Shown here piece by piece: positions 14,201 to 26,530 of a DNA stretch of 64,000 nt. Location of the stretch: assembly GCF_001194135.2 (NCBI RefSeq), contig NC_068983.1, forward strand, positions 160,254,499 through 160,318,498. The letters run 5' to 3'. The stretch is from Octopus bimaculoides (Eukaryota). Position numbers and translations under genes: made by a program. Position 1 is the stretch's first letter. Every line of letters starts with the position of its first letter. The notes beneath the pieces were generated by a model. The model was not told the origin of the DNA, made no database searches, and saw nothing but the letters and a program-made list of their open reading frames with translations.

Positions 14201-15183
14201 TTTTGAATGGTTACATGAGTCGCATATTGTGTTACGATCTAATGGTATTGACTGTAAATACTTATAATATCAAAACAATAAAGACCTTCCCAAGTATGTC
14301 TTCTGTATGACGAACATACAGATAAGTGCAGTTTGACATATTTAATGTAGTGATCCAAAAGTATATTGTATATAACAATGATTTCACTCTAGTCAAGAAA
14401 GAACATTAGTGTTAATGGTACGTCTTGTTCATAGACGCAAGAAGAAATTCTTAAATGTATATTTGTTAAAATGATGCTCCGTGTGCAATAAGTAATAAAG
14501 ATGGATCTTTCTCCAAGAAGAAGAATTGAATTAACAGAAAAACAGAAACAAAGAGAACTAGAGATTATCGATTGAAAATTGTGAAAAGTATGTATAGAAA
14601 ATATATATTTAATAGTATATATATATATATATATATATATNNNNNNNNNNNNNNNNNNNNNNNNNNNNNNNNNNNNNNNNNNNNNNNNNNNNNNNNNNNN
14701 NNNNNNNNNNNNNNNNNNNNNNNNNNNNNNNNNNNNNNNNNNNNNNNNNNNNNNNNNNNNNNNNNNNNNNNNNNNNNNNNNNNNNNNNNNNNNNNNNNNN
14801 NNNNNNNNNNNNNNNNNNNNNNNNNNNNNNNNNNNNNNNNNNNNNNNNNNNNNNNNNNNNNNNNNNNNNNNNNNNNNNNNNNNNNNNNNNNNNNNNNNNN
14901 NNNNNNNNNNNNNNNNNNNNNNNNNNNNNNNNNNNNNNNNNNNNNNNNNNNNNNNNNNNNNNNNNNNNNNNNNNNNNNNNNNNNNNNNNNNNNNNNNNNN
15001 NNNNNNNNNNNNNNNNNNNNNNNNNNNNNNNNNNNNNNNNNNNNNNNNNNNNNNNNNNNNNNNNNNNNNNNNNNNNNNNNNNNNNNNNNNNNNNNNNNNN
15101 NNNNNNNNNNNNNNNNNNNNNNNNNNNNNNNNNNNNNNNNNNNNNNNNNNNNNNNNNNNNNNNNNNNNNNNNNNNNNNNNNNN

Positions 15184-15214
<31 letters not shown>

Positions 15215-15226
15215 AACATTATGGGT

Positions 15227-15775
15227 ATATGGGTACAGGACGTCACCAAAGATGCAAATAACATGAAATACGTAAACAATGAGAAAAAATGGAAAACGGG
15301 ACGAGTTAACACAGAAAAAGGGCCCTTCATTAGTTATCAACTGTCTATCTACTCCTCATTTCGAGCATTCAACGACAATATGAGTCTTCAAAGACAGTTC
15401 TTCCCATAAATTCTACAATATTTAGGATTTATGAAGGGACAAAGTTGGGAACAAAAAGATGACAGTGGGGGCATACAAGGAAACCGAACGAAAACAAAAT
15501 GGAGAATAGTTAGACAAGAACGAGAAGAAAATAGTGAAAGCTAGGAGAAACATCTTTTGACCCTCCATAAATCATAAATCTTATTTTAGAATTTATGGGA
15601 GCAACTGTATTTGAAGACTCATATTGTCACTGAATGCTCGAAAAGGTGAGTAAATAGACAGCTGACAACTGATAAAGGGTCCTTTTTCTGTGTTAACTTG
15701 TCCCGTTTTCCATTTTTTCTCGTTGTTTACGTATTTCATGTTATTTGCACCGTTGGTGATGCCATGTACCCATAT
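15227..15775. mobile_element. Foldback / MITE-like element with ~215-bp inverted arms and a ~110-bp spacer
   Basis: 15227-15443 is the reverse complement of 15556-15775 (about 22 mismatches in ~190 nt by hand). (TA)n/(CA)n tracts flank both sides. Confidence 0.8.
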
Positions 15776-15791
15776 ATGCATACACACACAC

Positions 15792-15823
<32 letters not shown>

Positions 15824-16854
15824 CAAACAATAAAATCAAAGAAATGGCTAGTACGGTACACAACCGCTACATCTGCAACACNNNNNNNNNNTCTGCAACA
15901 CTGGCATATCCTTGCAAACTTACATCGTATATCAGATTCGTTGTATACTCTTATCAGAAAGCATCTCCACATACTTATACCATCTTTCCAAAAACGACTT
16001 GAAAATATTGACGCATGAACAAGAAGGTGCAGATGTCATTAAAGGAAAGCCCTTAGTATACGTGACCAGCGCCTAAAAGAAGCCTTTCTTGTAAAAACAA
16101 AACACGAGCTAGCAATTAACAACGAATGTGCTAATGAATACTTTGAAGTATCATTCCTTATAGTCATTATTCATCCCAATAATTAACCCTATTTCTTTCT
16201 CGTGCATATGTCATCTCATTCCGAAACAGAAGCCTTGTGGAGCACAAAATACCTCCCCACACACACGTAATAATTCGAAAATACACACATAAGGATTCGA
16301 CACGCGAACAGAATAGATGTATAATGTATACATCATACGTCTCTTTCTCAATATTTGAATTTTTTGTGAAGAGCTTTTTAACCCGAAATATAAGGGCTGA
16401 TTAGATATTTCTAATGTAACATTTTATTTTTTTAATTACTTTCAAAAAATTTTATTTTCTACCTGCATTGTTCTCCTATAATATACTAATCTTCTACGAT
16501 CTTTCACACACACGTGTATGCGTGTGGGTGTACAGTGGTGGTGGTGGTGGTGATGGTGGTAGGAGGAGGAGGGGAGTGATACGATGCTGATGATGATAAT
16601 GATAATGATGATGATGATGATGANNNNNNNNNNNNNNNNNNNNNNNNNNNNNNNNNNNNNNNNNNNNNNNNNNNNNNNNNNNNNNNNNNNNNNNNNNNNN
16701 NNNNNNNNNNNNNNNNNNNNNNNNNNNNNNNNNNNNNNNNNNNNNNNNNNNNNNNNNNNNNNNNNNNNNNNNNNNNNNNNNNNNNNNNNNNNNNNNNNNN
16801 NNNNNNNNNNNNNNNNNNNNNNNTTCTTCAGTTAAGATCTTTTATTTTAAAATG

Positions 16855-17062
16855 CTCTTTTACTCTTTTACTTGTTTCAGTCAGTTGCCTGCGGCCATGC
16901 TGGAGCACCGCCTTTAGTCGAGCAAATCGACCCCAGGACTTATTCTTTGGAAGCCTAGTACTTATTCTATCGGTCTCTTTTGCCGAACCGCTATGTTACG
17001 GGGACGTAAACACACCAGCATCGGTTGTCAATCGATGTTGGGGGGACAAACACAAACACACA
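16855..17062 (-). mobile_element. SINE family A, 3' half
   Basis: Near-identical to tails at 19072-19280, 43038-43250 and 63785-63960, with the (GAGTAAAA)-type tail. Confidence 0.9.
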
Positions 17063-17445
17063 AATGTTTACATTTCTTGATTCTTTTTTTTTTGTACCTA
17101 GAACAATAAATCTCCACGATTCATCAGCATTTCAGAACTCTCCTAGTCATGTCTTTAAGGTGAAGTGGTTAGTGTGATGGTTATCATTATAGTCATGGGG
17201 GTCATAATTCAATCCAGGGAAGTGTTATTCTGCTTACACTAACCCCTGACTAGACAATCATCTTCTGATAGCAACCACCAGCCAATACATCTGACTTCTC
17301 TTTTGATCGTCTGAGTATGACATATTAGATCTCTACAAGACAAAGGAAAAGTTTACAGACCAGAGACTTGAACTTCGTTTATTGTTCGACGACTTTGTGC
17401 ATTCTAATATAAACTAAATATCCAAATGGATTTTCAATCCAACAG

Positions 17446-17478
17446 CAGATATGTATGCCTAGACTAGAGGACCTACAG
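17446..17478 (+). CDS. Weak candidate 30/33-nt phase 0-0 exon (QICMPRLEDLQ), NAGNAG acceptor
   Basis: ttttcaatccaacag|cag|ata...ctacag|gtacgt; frame open. No homology recognised. Confidence 0.2.
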
Positions 17479-18223
17479 GTACGTAAACGTCATGGGTTTC
17501 TTTGCTGCCATGTGGGCATTGACATGTGGTTAATAAAATTAGCTTTTAAAAGCGTAATATGACCACAGACATTTTTTATGACAATCGTGCCATGAAATTT
17601 AGTCAAAGAGATCAAAAACTGGTTCTGCATTACTTTACATTGATCCAAAATGGGTCTCCAGCTCGGAAGCACGTTCGTACATCTTTAAATATAAAAGACA
17701 GAATACTTGGGAAAAGATAATAATATTACATTCATACTAACGATTTGTGCTTGCCAACCGACATGTGATCTCTCATAGTTAGCAAGGACAATTTTGAAAG
17801 TCCAGTACTATCTCAGAATGAGATTAATTGTAAACTCTCTACCAAACGAATTTTCAACATTTTGGAATTTCCAGATCTTTCATTTTATGTGCAATTTCAT
17901 TTTTCTCAAATTACTGAAAATGCTTCTTTGTTACAAACGTCATTTCCTTTTTATTAAATGCAAAAGATATTCAATATCCAGTGTTAAAATTCAGATATCT
18001 GGTTTTGCTTTTTACTGGGAATCTGACTGGGAAATAATTTACCATAAAATAATTCTGGAAGCGTCAAATAAACTAGAAATAAATAACAAGGCCAACTGAA
18101 CGTTTATATTATTTAATAAAGCAAACTTCCATACTGAGACAAACTGCTTTTCTTGACTTCAGTAAATGGGGCAAATGATTTCCTACTGATGTTTAATATT
18201 ATACGTCTTATATGTGTGTATAC

Positions 18224-18292
<69 letters not shown>

Positions 18293-18446
18293 CATATATA
18301 TGTACATGGATATATATATACATGTATATATATGCATATATACATATACATTTGTTTATGTATATAGATATATTTATACATACATATATATATATACATA
18401 TATACGCATACATATGTTTTTGCATGTGTATATACGTATGTGCGTG

Positions 18447-18484
<38 letters not shown>

Positions 18485-19071
18485 GGTGTGTGTGTGTGTG
18501 TGTATGTATCTGTACACCATGTGTGTGTGTGTATTTGCTAGTTTTATGAGTGTGGGGAGGGTATTTTTGAAGTGAATGATGAATGTAGTGATATAAACAT
18601 AGGATAAATACAAGCATTAAAAAAAAATGAGATTAATAAATGGATCAATATTTCCTATTCATTCAGAAATACAGAATATCTTCAAAAACGTTTCTCAGTG
18701 GAGTAAAAAAAAAAAAAAAATAAGAGAGAAATCAATCAAGCCAAGTCTATCTCTTTGCCATATCCTCTTCATAATGCAACGCTTACTCAAACTGTACATT
18801 ATTCAATAATCTGGCTACCGTAGTAAAAATGTTCAGTTGTCATACGTTTTCCTTCAGAAATCTAGTGACTCGAAAGAATCCATCACCTCTCGTTATGCAG
18901 TCACAAACATACTATAAGTACGTACATACATACATACATACATACATACATTCATTCATTCATTCGTGCATACGTACGTGTGTATGTATGTTGGTATGTA
19001 TGTATGCATGCATACAGTCAGATGATGACTTAACTGGCCGAAACTTCGATGTCCCTATCAATAATATTCTT

Positions 19072-19300
19072 ACTCTTTTTTTTAGTCTTTTTACTTGTTT
19101 CAGTCATTTGACTGCGGCCATGCTGGAGCACCATCTTTAGTCGAGCAAATCGACCCCAGGACTTATTCTTTGGAAGCCTAGTACTTATTCTATCGGTCTC
19201 TTTGGCCGAACCGCTAAATTACGGAGACGCAAACACACCACCATCAGTTGCAAGCGATGCTGGAGAGACAAACACAGACACACAAACATATACACACACA

Positions 19301-19344
<44 letters not shown>

Positions 19345-19500
19345 TACGACGGGCTTCTTTCAGTTTCCGTCTACCAAATCCACGCACAAGGCTTTGGTCG
19401 GCCCGAGGCTATAGTAGAAGACACTTGCCCAAGGTGCCACGCAGTGGGAATGAACCCGGAACCATGTAGTTCGTAAGCAAGCTACTTACCACGCAGCCAC
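19072..19500 (-). mobile_element. SINE family A, full length (tRNA head, CORE-like segment, internal CA/TA microsatellite, tail)
   Basis: Both halves are collinear with 43038-43459 and with the reverse complement of 35977-36379. Confidence 0.9.
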
Positions 19501-20230
19501 CTGGAACGCAGTAATGACAAGTAAAAACAAAAACAAAAAACGACGAAACATTAATGTCTATCACTGCTGTAACGGGACTAGATGCAAGTTAACTCACTTG
19601 TCTATGACTTCCAGGTGTTTTAACACCAGGCGAATTAATGAGGATATATTATCTTCCGCCTATAATCGCTTCTTGCTTACGAAATGACAAAACACATATC
19701 TTGTTTATGGGTGTTCTCTATTGCTAATATCCCCCGGGATGCTTCTCATTCATGTTTGAATATATATCTATAATACATTAAAAGTCAGTTTGAATCTTAC
19801 TTACAATGTTACCCAATCAAACTGGTGCATAATGGGAAAATGTTCCGAATATAATTTCATCCTGAAAGGGAAAAAAACTTTTCGATTAGACAGTGATTTG
19901 ACAACGAAAAAATACGATTTGTTTTTTACAGTAAATATTTCTGTTTTCGTTTTTGTGAACGTGATTTCAAAACTGTAAGCTGCTTGTATAGTAAGTATTT
20001 ATATTTTAGCTTTCTTTAAACAGACAATATTTTAGTGGTTTTTTTTTAAATTAGTTTCAAGTAAATATCATTACAAACATTTTTTTGGCATATTTAAAAA
20101 TACTTTAAAGTGAAAATGACTTAAGAATATGGTAAATATTTTGCAAAAGACTTGTTCGTAACCTAGGTGTGAAATAGTTTTTTTTCCCCCATAAGTTTTT
20201 CGAGTGCATTCAACGTATTTCATCTCCAAA

Positions 20231-20341
20231 ATTTGGCTGCTATTTCTAGCACGCCCTGCTACCACGTAACAGCTGTTTGCGATAAAGGACCCAAAATACC
20301 TGCTACGTAGTAGCAGGGCGTGCAAGAAATAGCAGCCAAAT
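20231..20341. repeat. Inverted repeat: ~32-bp stem with one mismatch and a 47-nt loop
   Basis: atttggctgctatttctagcacgccctgctac pairs with gtagcagggcgtgcaagaaatagcagccaaat. Confidence 0.9.
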
Positions 20342-20658
20342 CTTTCCTTTTCTGGGGAAAGGAGCCGTTTACGCGTGATTTCGATGTCACATTCGTTGAA
20401 AGCAGGCAAAATAGCATGGAAAAGAAAAGATCTGCGAAACAAAACTCTGTTGTTGTGAAACTCTGAGTTTCTCGTTCTATATTTAAGAAATGAGGAATTA
20501 TGCACATTATTTACATTATATATATTATATACATTATNNNNNNNNNNNNNNNNNNNNNNNNNNNNNNNNNNNNNNNNNNNNNNNNNNNNNNNNNNNNNNN
20601 NNNNNNNNNNNNNNNNNNNNNNNNNNNNNNNNNNNNNNNNNNNNNNNNNNNNNNNNNN

Positions 20659-20690
<32 letters not shown>

Positions 20691-21721
20691 GTGTGTAAAG
20701 TTTGAGTTAGAAACCGCAGCTTTCTACTTTTTCTAGCCAAAGGGTTTTTAACTCAATATTTACATGCTTTTATTTATACCGTTATCTGCTTCGAGATTCA
20801 CGGTTCCTCCAAAAATTTATATCCATATAAAACGATCATATACACACATACATACATATATACGCACGCGCATGCATACACACATATATCTATATACACA
20901 CACACACATGTACATATACATATATATGTGTGTGTGTACATATAGGCATGATAGGCATGTATGTATAAATGTATGTCCACACAAAGTCAAAATGCATTTA
21001 TATATTTCATTTTGTTTTACGTTACATTTAAATTTTAATCGAATTTTTTTCCATCACATTTAGATTTGCTTCGATCTGTTTTCAAAGTCTGAAACGTGCA
21101 GTACTGACTGAATATATAATGATTTGTAATAGAAAAATTAAAATGCTCTCGATTAACAATGTTCGCATAAATTGAATAGTATTAGTTGTAAAAGATAATT
21201 CTCTATTTAGCTATTGCTGTTTTCCTGAAATGCAAGCATATTGCCCGATTTGCTAACAATTCTGCCAGCTCACTCTCCTATTGACTAATTAATGAGGATT
21301 TTAGAAACTAACAGTTCTGAGATTAAGTGTTTCATCAGGGTTTGAAGAAAGCAACGAGATTCTTTTATTTAGCTTCATAATCTTCAGTGATGTCGGCGCA
21401 CACCTAAGGGATTCGAAATGTCTGTTGGTGATCTAATAGTTTGTATTTCTTTTCCTATTTGATTAAGGCCCAAACTATTTATCCTTATTGATTCAATTCA
21501 CTAAGCTGTAGAAATTTACAAAGTCAAGTACAAGTCTTCACAGTAAACACCAAGAGTATTGAATTTTTTTTTTAGCCCTAGGGATCATATGGTTGGTTAT
21601 GTGATCTTCATGTTATATAAGTAGCCGCGGTCACAACATTCTCTCGGAAAGAGAAGCCTGTTCGTTGCAAGATTCAAGATCTGTAATTTTCAGAATAAGA
21701 GACCATTTGATTACATTGTTT

Positions 21722-21850
21722 GGTACTTTATTTTATCGACCCTGAAAGGATGAAATGCGAAGTCGACTTCAGCCGAATTAGAACTAAGAATGTAAGGACG
21801 GAAGAAACGCTAAGCATATTGCCCGATGTGCTGACGATTCTGCCAGCACA
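21722..21850 (-). mobile_element. SINE family C (MIR/CORE-like) fragment
   Basis: Reverse complement of the gctggcagaatcgttagc..gaattc..gtcgactt..cctttc pattern seen at 35428-35645. Confidence 0.7.
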
Positions 21851-23421
21851 CTATCCTATTGATTCTGAGATTAAGTGTTTCATCTGGTTTGAAGAAAGTA
21901 GCAAGATTCTTTTATTTAACATCATAATCTTCAGTGATGTCGGCGCACACGTAAGAAAAACGGATAGTGGGAAGAATTAAAAATGAGATCCTTAAATAAG
22001 GAAAAACATTCACTGTGCCTCTCTTCCCCTTAAAAGCCACTGAGATATATACTATTATAAGGCGCAATTATATTTATTGATTGTTATGTATTCTCACTAA
22101 ACCCAATCCGCAGTTACCTTTTGATATCCAATTGGGATTAATTCACTTTTCGTGCGTTTCCAATTCACTTGAGTAAAACTTCAACGATACGCCTGTCTAC
22201 TTACTCTCCTGCATAACTAATATCAAGTTTCGTATTTTTGCAGGAAACACTTGTTTTCATAATATACTTTAAGTCCCTATTCATATTGAATTTTCCAAGG
22301 AATTGTTGAAGTACTGAATAAGGCAGTGAACAAAGAATGATGGTAAACTTTACTGAGAATAAGATTTGATTACTCAGATTTGCTGATAACCAAGTGTATT
22401 GGATAGCCAAGTGTATTGGAAAATCTGAAAGTCTACCTGCTCACTTGAAAATAGTATATATGATTTCAGGACATCAACAACTTAACTATATACAGCTATA
22501 AGGCATCTGAGACATCCACTGAATAATCTGTAAATTAGAATTAAGATTACTAAATTTGATTGACGTAAAATACAGGCGAATAACATTAATAACCAGGAGG
22601 TTTTTGCATGTTGAATTTAATTGCAAATACATCAATAATAGAAACAAGAAGTTTGGAATTTTCGAATTGCTATTTTATATTCCTAGTTTTAGCAAATACA
22701 GTTGGTAGTAATAATATAATAAACCCATTTGGCTGTTAATCTAAATATTGATTTCTTATTATGGTTGAAGGCCAATCCTAACTGAGAAAGATTATCGACT
22801 CATTCGATTTATTACATTATTGATGCATATTTTATCGTCCTTTGCGAATATGAAACGTAAAGCTGATTCCTGTGAGATTAGAACTCAAAATCTGAAGGGC
22901 TGATGCTAATTACCGAAATGAATTCACTCCAATATTCTATTGTCTTGGCTCTTCGTTAGTGCATAGTTCTTCCAGTCATTCCAAACACTTAATATTGACG
23001 TATGCACAAGCATGGGTATTAATATATTTCAGGCTTCCTTAAGACTGCTCGTCCAAAGAAAAAGATTTATATAATTGTGTTCCATACAGAAAGAAATATA
23101 ATTATCTGAAAATAAAAGTTTTCCCATTATGAATGGTGTTGCTAGTTTACCTAATCAGGTTCTGAAATAGATACAGTGTTAGGGTTAATAGGCATTACTT
23201 TAAGTTCCAAGGGAATAATTAATAATTTATTTCTTTGCTTTTGCAGAACATCACAGCGTGTGCCAGTCTATATTTTACGTATACGCATACACACTCGGGC
23301 CTATACATACACGCATATGTGTGTGTGAATGTGTGTGTGTGCATGTGTGTGAATGTGTGTATGTTTGTATATGTGTGTTTGTTTGTGTTTTGTGTGTATG
23401 CACGTATGTATCTGTGTAACA

Positions 23422-23452
<31 letters not shown>

Positions 23453-24121
23453 TACATACGTACACGCTTATACATATATGTGTATATGCATATAGATACA
23501 TGCACACACACAGATAGATAGATAGACATGTGTGTACATATATTTATGCATGTATATATATATATATATACATAGACACACACAAACACACGCATACACA
23601 CATATGTCGAAAGTCAATTTGTAATTCTTTCAAATGTTACTCACTTTTATACATTAAATACACACGTGATATGTCTACAATATATGGTAAAAAGGATGTG
23701 ACCACAATGCTCTAGATAGTCGGTTTTCGTTAGTCAATGGTCGAATACTTGGTAATTCAAGCGTATAGCTAGTTGGATTATTATGTTGTAATTTTACACA
23801 ATTCAGGTCTAAGGCAAAAATTAACTACTTCATGACGCTCGTTTGATTTCATTTTATGGCCATGGATTTGAGTCAATTAGTCTCAGATTAATTTTAAGAG
23901 AAAACTCCCCTGATGGTGGCAGTTAGATAGTATCTCTGACAATCGTATACATGATATCATTGGTTGATTTAGCACCAGGAACTATTCAGTTGGACTAAAC
24001 CTGCAGTTAAGTGATCCATTGAAATATAGAGAGGGTTTATTGAGCTGTTTCATATTACTTGGAGTGGAATAGCTTTCAGATCTTTGACCCTTGAGTTTCC
24101 AGACAAATCCATGTTCCAATT

Positions 24122-24241
<120 letters not shown>

Positions 24242-24339
24242 CGCTCTCGTCCTCTCTTTCTACATACTTCAAAATGTGAAAGCATAGAAAATAAAAGCTA
24301 TGTAACCATAATCTTAGACCTCTGCCAGGGGTGTTGCCA

Positions 24340-24869
24340 GCCCACTTATGCGCACCTTTCTTTCATTGGACACTAAACACCGCTTGCGAAGACCTGTTGG
24401 GGCAAGTGAAATCGAAATCGTGAAGGCACCTGTACCAGTGGAGCGCTAAGAGCACCGTCCGAGCATGATCATTGCCAGAGCAGCTATCTGGCTCCGTGCC
24501 AGTGGCACGTAAATAGCACCATTTGAGTGTGATCATTACCAGCGTCGCTTTACTGGCACATGAAAAACATTCGAGTGTGGTCGTTGCCAGTGCCGCCAGA
24601 CTGGCTCCTGTGCAGGTGGCACGTAAAATACACCATTTTGAGCGTAGCCGTTGCTAGTACCGCCTGACTGCCCTTCGTGTCGGTGCCACGTAAAAGCACC
24701 CACTACACTCTCGGAGTGGCTGGCGTTAGGAAGGGCATCCAGCTGTAGACATTCTGCCAAATCAGATTGGAGCCTGGTGTAGCCATCTGGTTTGCCAGTC
24801 CTCAGTCAAATCGTCCAACCCATGCTAGCATGGAAGGCGGACGTTAAACGATGATGATGATGATGATGA
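24340..24869 (+). mobile_element. Retroposon family B with internal ~65-75-bp tandem subunits and a (GAT)n tail
   Basis: Repeated gagtgtgatc/gtcgttgccag..gtggcacgtaaa units, then aggaagggcatccagctgtaga..catgctagcatggaaggcggacgttaaacgatgatgat. The tail is shared with 40039-40178 and 48800-48968. Confidence 0.75.
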
Positions 24870-25434
24870 GGATATATATATATATATATATATANNNNNN
24901 NNNNNNNNNNNNNNNNNNNNNNNNNNNNNNNNNNNNNNNNNNNNNNNNNNNNNNNNNNNNNNNNNNNNNNNNNNNNNNNNNNNNNNNNNNNNNNNNNNNN
25001 NNNNNNNNNNNNNNNNNNNNNNNNNNNNNNNNNNNNNNNNNNNNNNNNNNNNNNNNNNNNNNNNNNNNNNNNNNNNNNNNNNNNNNNNNNNNNNNNNNNN
25101 NNNNNNNNNNNNNNNNNNNNNNNNNNNNNNNNNNNNNNNNNNNNNNNNNNNNNNNNNNNNNNNNNNNNNNNNNNNNNNNNNNNNNNNNNNNNNNNNNNNN
25201 NNNNNNNNNNNNNNNNNNNNNNNNNNNNNNNNNNNNNNNNNNNNNNNNNNNNNNNNNNNNNNNNNNNNNNNNNNNNNNNNNNNNNNNNNNNNNNNNNNNN
25301 NNNNNNNNNNNNNNNNNNNNNNNNNNNNNNNNNNNNNNNNNNNNNNNNNNNNNNNNNNNNNNNNNNNNNNNNNNNNNNNNNNNNNNNNNNNNNNNNNNNN
25401 NNNNNNNNNNNNNNNNNNNNNNNNNNNNNNNNNN

Positions 25435-25447
25435 GTGTGTGTGTGTG

Positions 25448-25480
<33 letters not shown>

Positions 25481-25700
25481 TGTATCTGTGTCTGTGTTTG
25501 TCCACCCGCACTGCTTGGCGAATGGTGGTGGTGTGTTTATGTCCCTCTAACTTAGCAGTTCAGCAAAAGTGACAAATAGAATAAGTACTAAGCTTCAAAA
25601 ACTAATAAGTCCTAAAGTCGATTTGTTTGACGAAAATCCTTCGAGACTGTGCCCCAGCATGACTACAGTCAAATAACTGAAACAAGTAAAAGTTAAAAGA
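25435..25700 (+). mobile_element. SINE family A, diverged 3' half
   Basis: Reverse complement of the 16855-17062 pattern, with many CpG to TpG/CpA changes. Confidence 0.8.
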
Positions 25701-25702
25701 AG

Positions 25703-26110
25703 GTGACAAACGATGAAACATGATCAATCCAGATATGAAGGCTGCCTATGGAATGGTCTCTTCTACTACGCTTAAAATGCTAAAAAAAATAACAAAGATC
25801 TGCACTGAAAATTATGGTAACTGCTTGATGGGTGGCAAAAAAATTATTTTCTTTCATTTTCTGGAAAATAGCTTTACTATGACTAGTAAGCGGTACAGTG
25901 ATACCTTTAAAGAGTTTAGCAAAGCAATAAGAAGAGACTGGACAAGAAACCAATCAACATTTACTATAACAATGTACAACTACACACATGTCTTTTGCAA
26001 TGAACTAGGCAGTCAACAACAAATTAGTTTAGTCATTGGCTCTCCAGCCACCACACAGCCCAGAATGATACCTTCCAGCTTCCACTTGTTTAGTCCAATA
26101 AAGGGCACAA
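25703..26110 (+). mobile_element. Decayed mariner (DD34D-type) transposase catalytic region
   Basis: VTNDET..; FLENSFTMTSKRYSDTFKEFSKAIRR resembles FLE.G.TIT..RY..TL..L.KAIRR; and IPSSFHLFSPIKG resembles YSPDLAPSDFHLF.PLK. Confidence 0.7.
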
Positions 26111-26329
26111 AACAGGCACCTATTAAACAAGAGGACTAAGATTATAAGATATCACTGATACAAAAATAAACCCATCTTTAAAATAATGACATTAACTCTA
26201 CACAAACACATTCATAATTATTTGACACCGACAAGAATCAAGCCACAAACAACTGGCTCAGATTAAATACACAGCTCAATGCATTTGCATAGACTGCAAC
26301 AACACCAAGCCTTGGTTAAATACACTGAC

Positions 26330-26376
<47 letters not shown>

Positions 26377-26498
26377 TGAATATTTTGATCTATATGTATA
26401 AATCCACAAGTTTGTAGGTGCATGAAACTCAAGTCACAAGTTGCATATTCAGTTTCATTAAACTATATGTATGTGTGCATATGTGTGCACGCATGCCC

Positions 26499-26530
<32 letters not shown>

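Noticed and set aside
15872-15901. Direct repeat tctgcaacac around a 10-N gap
   Set aside because: It looks like overlapping contig ends, an assembly artefact.
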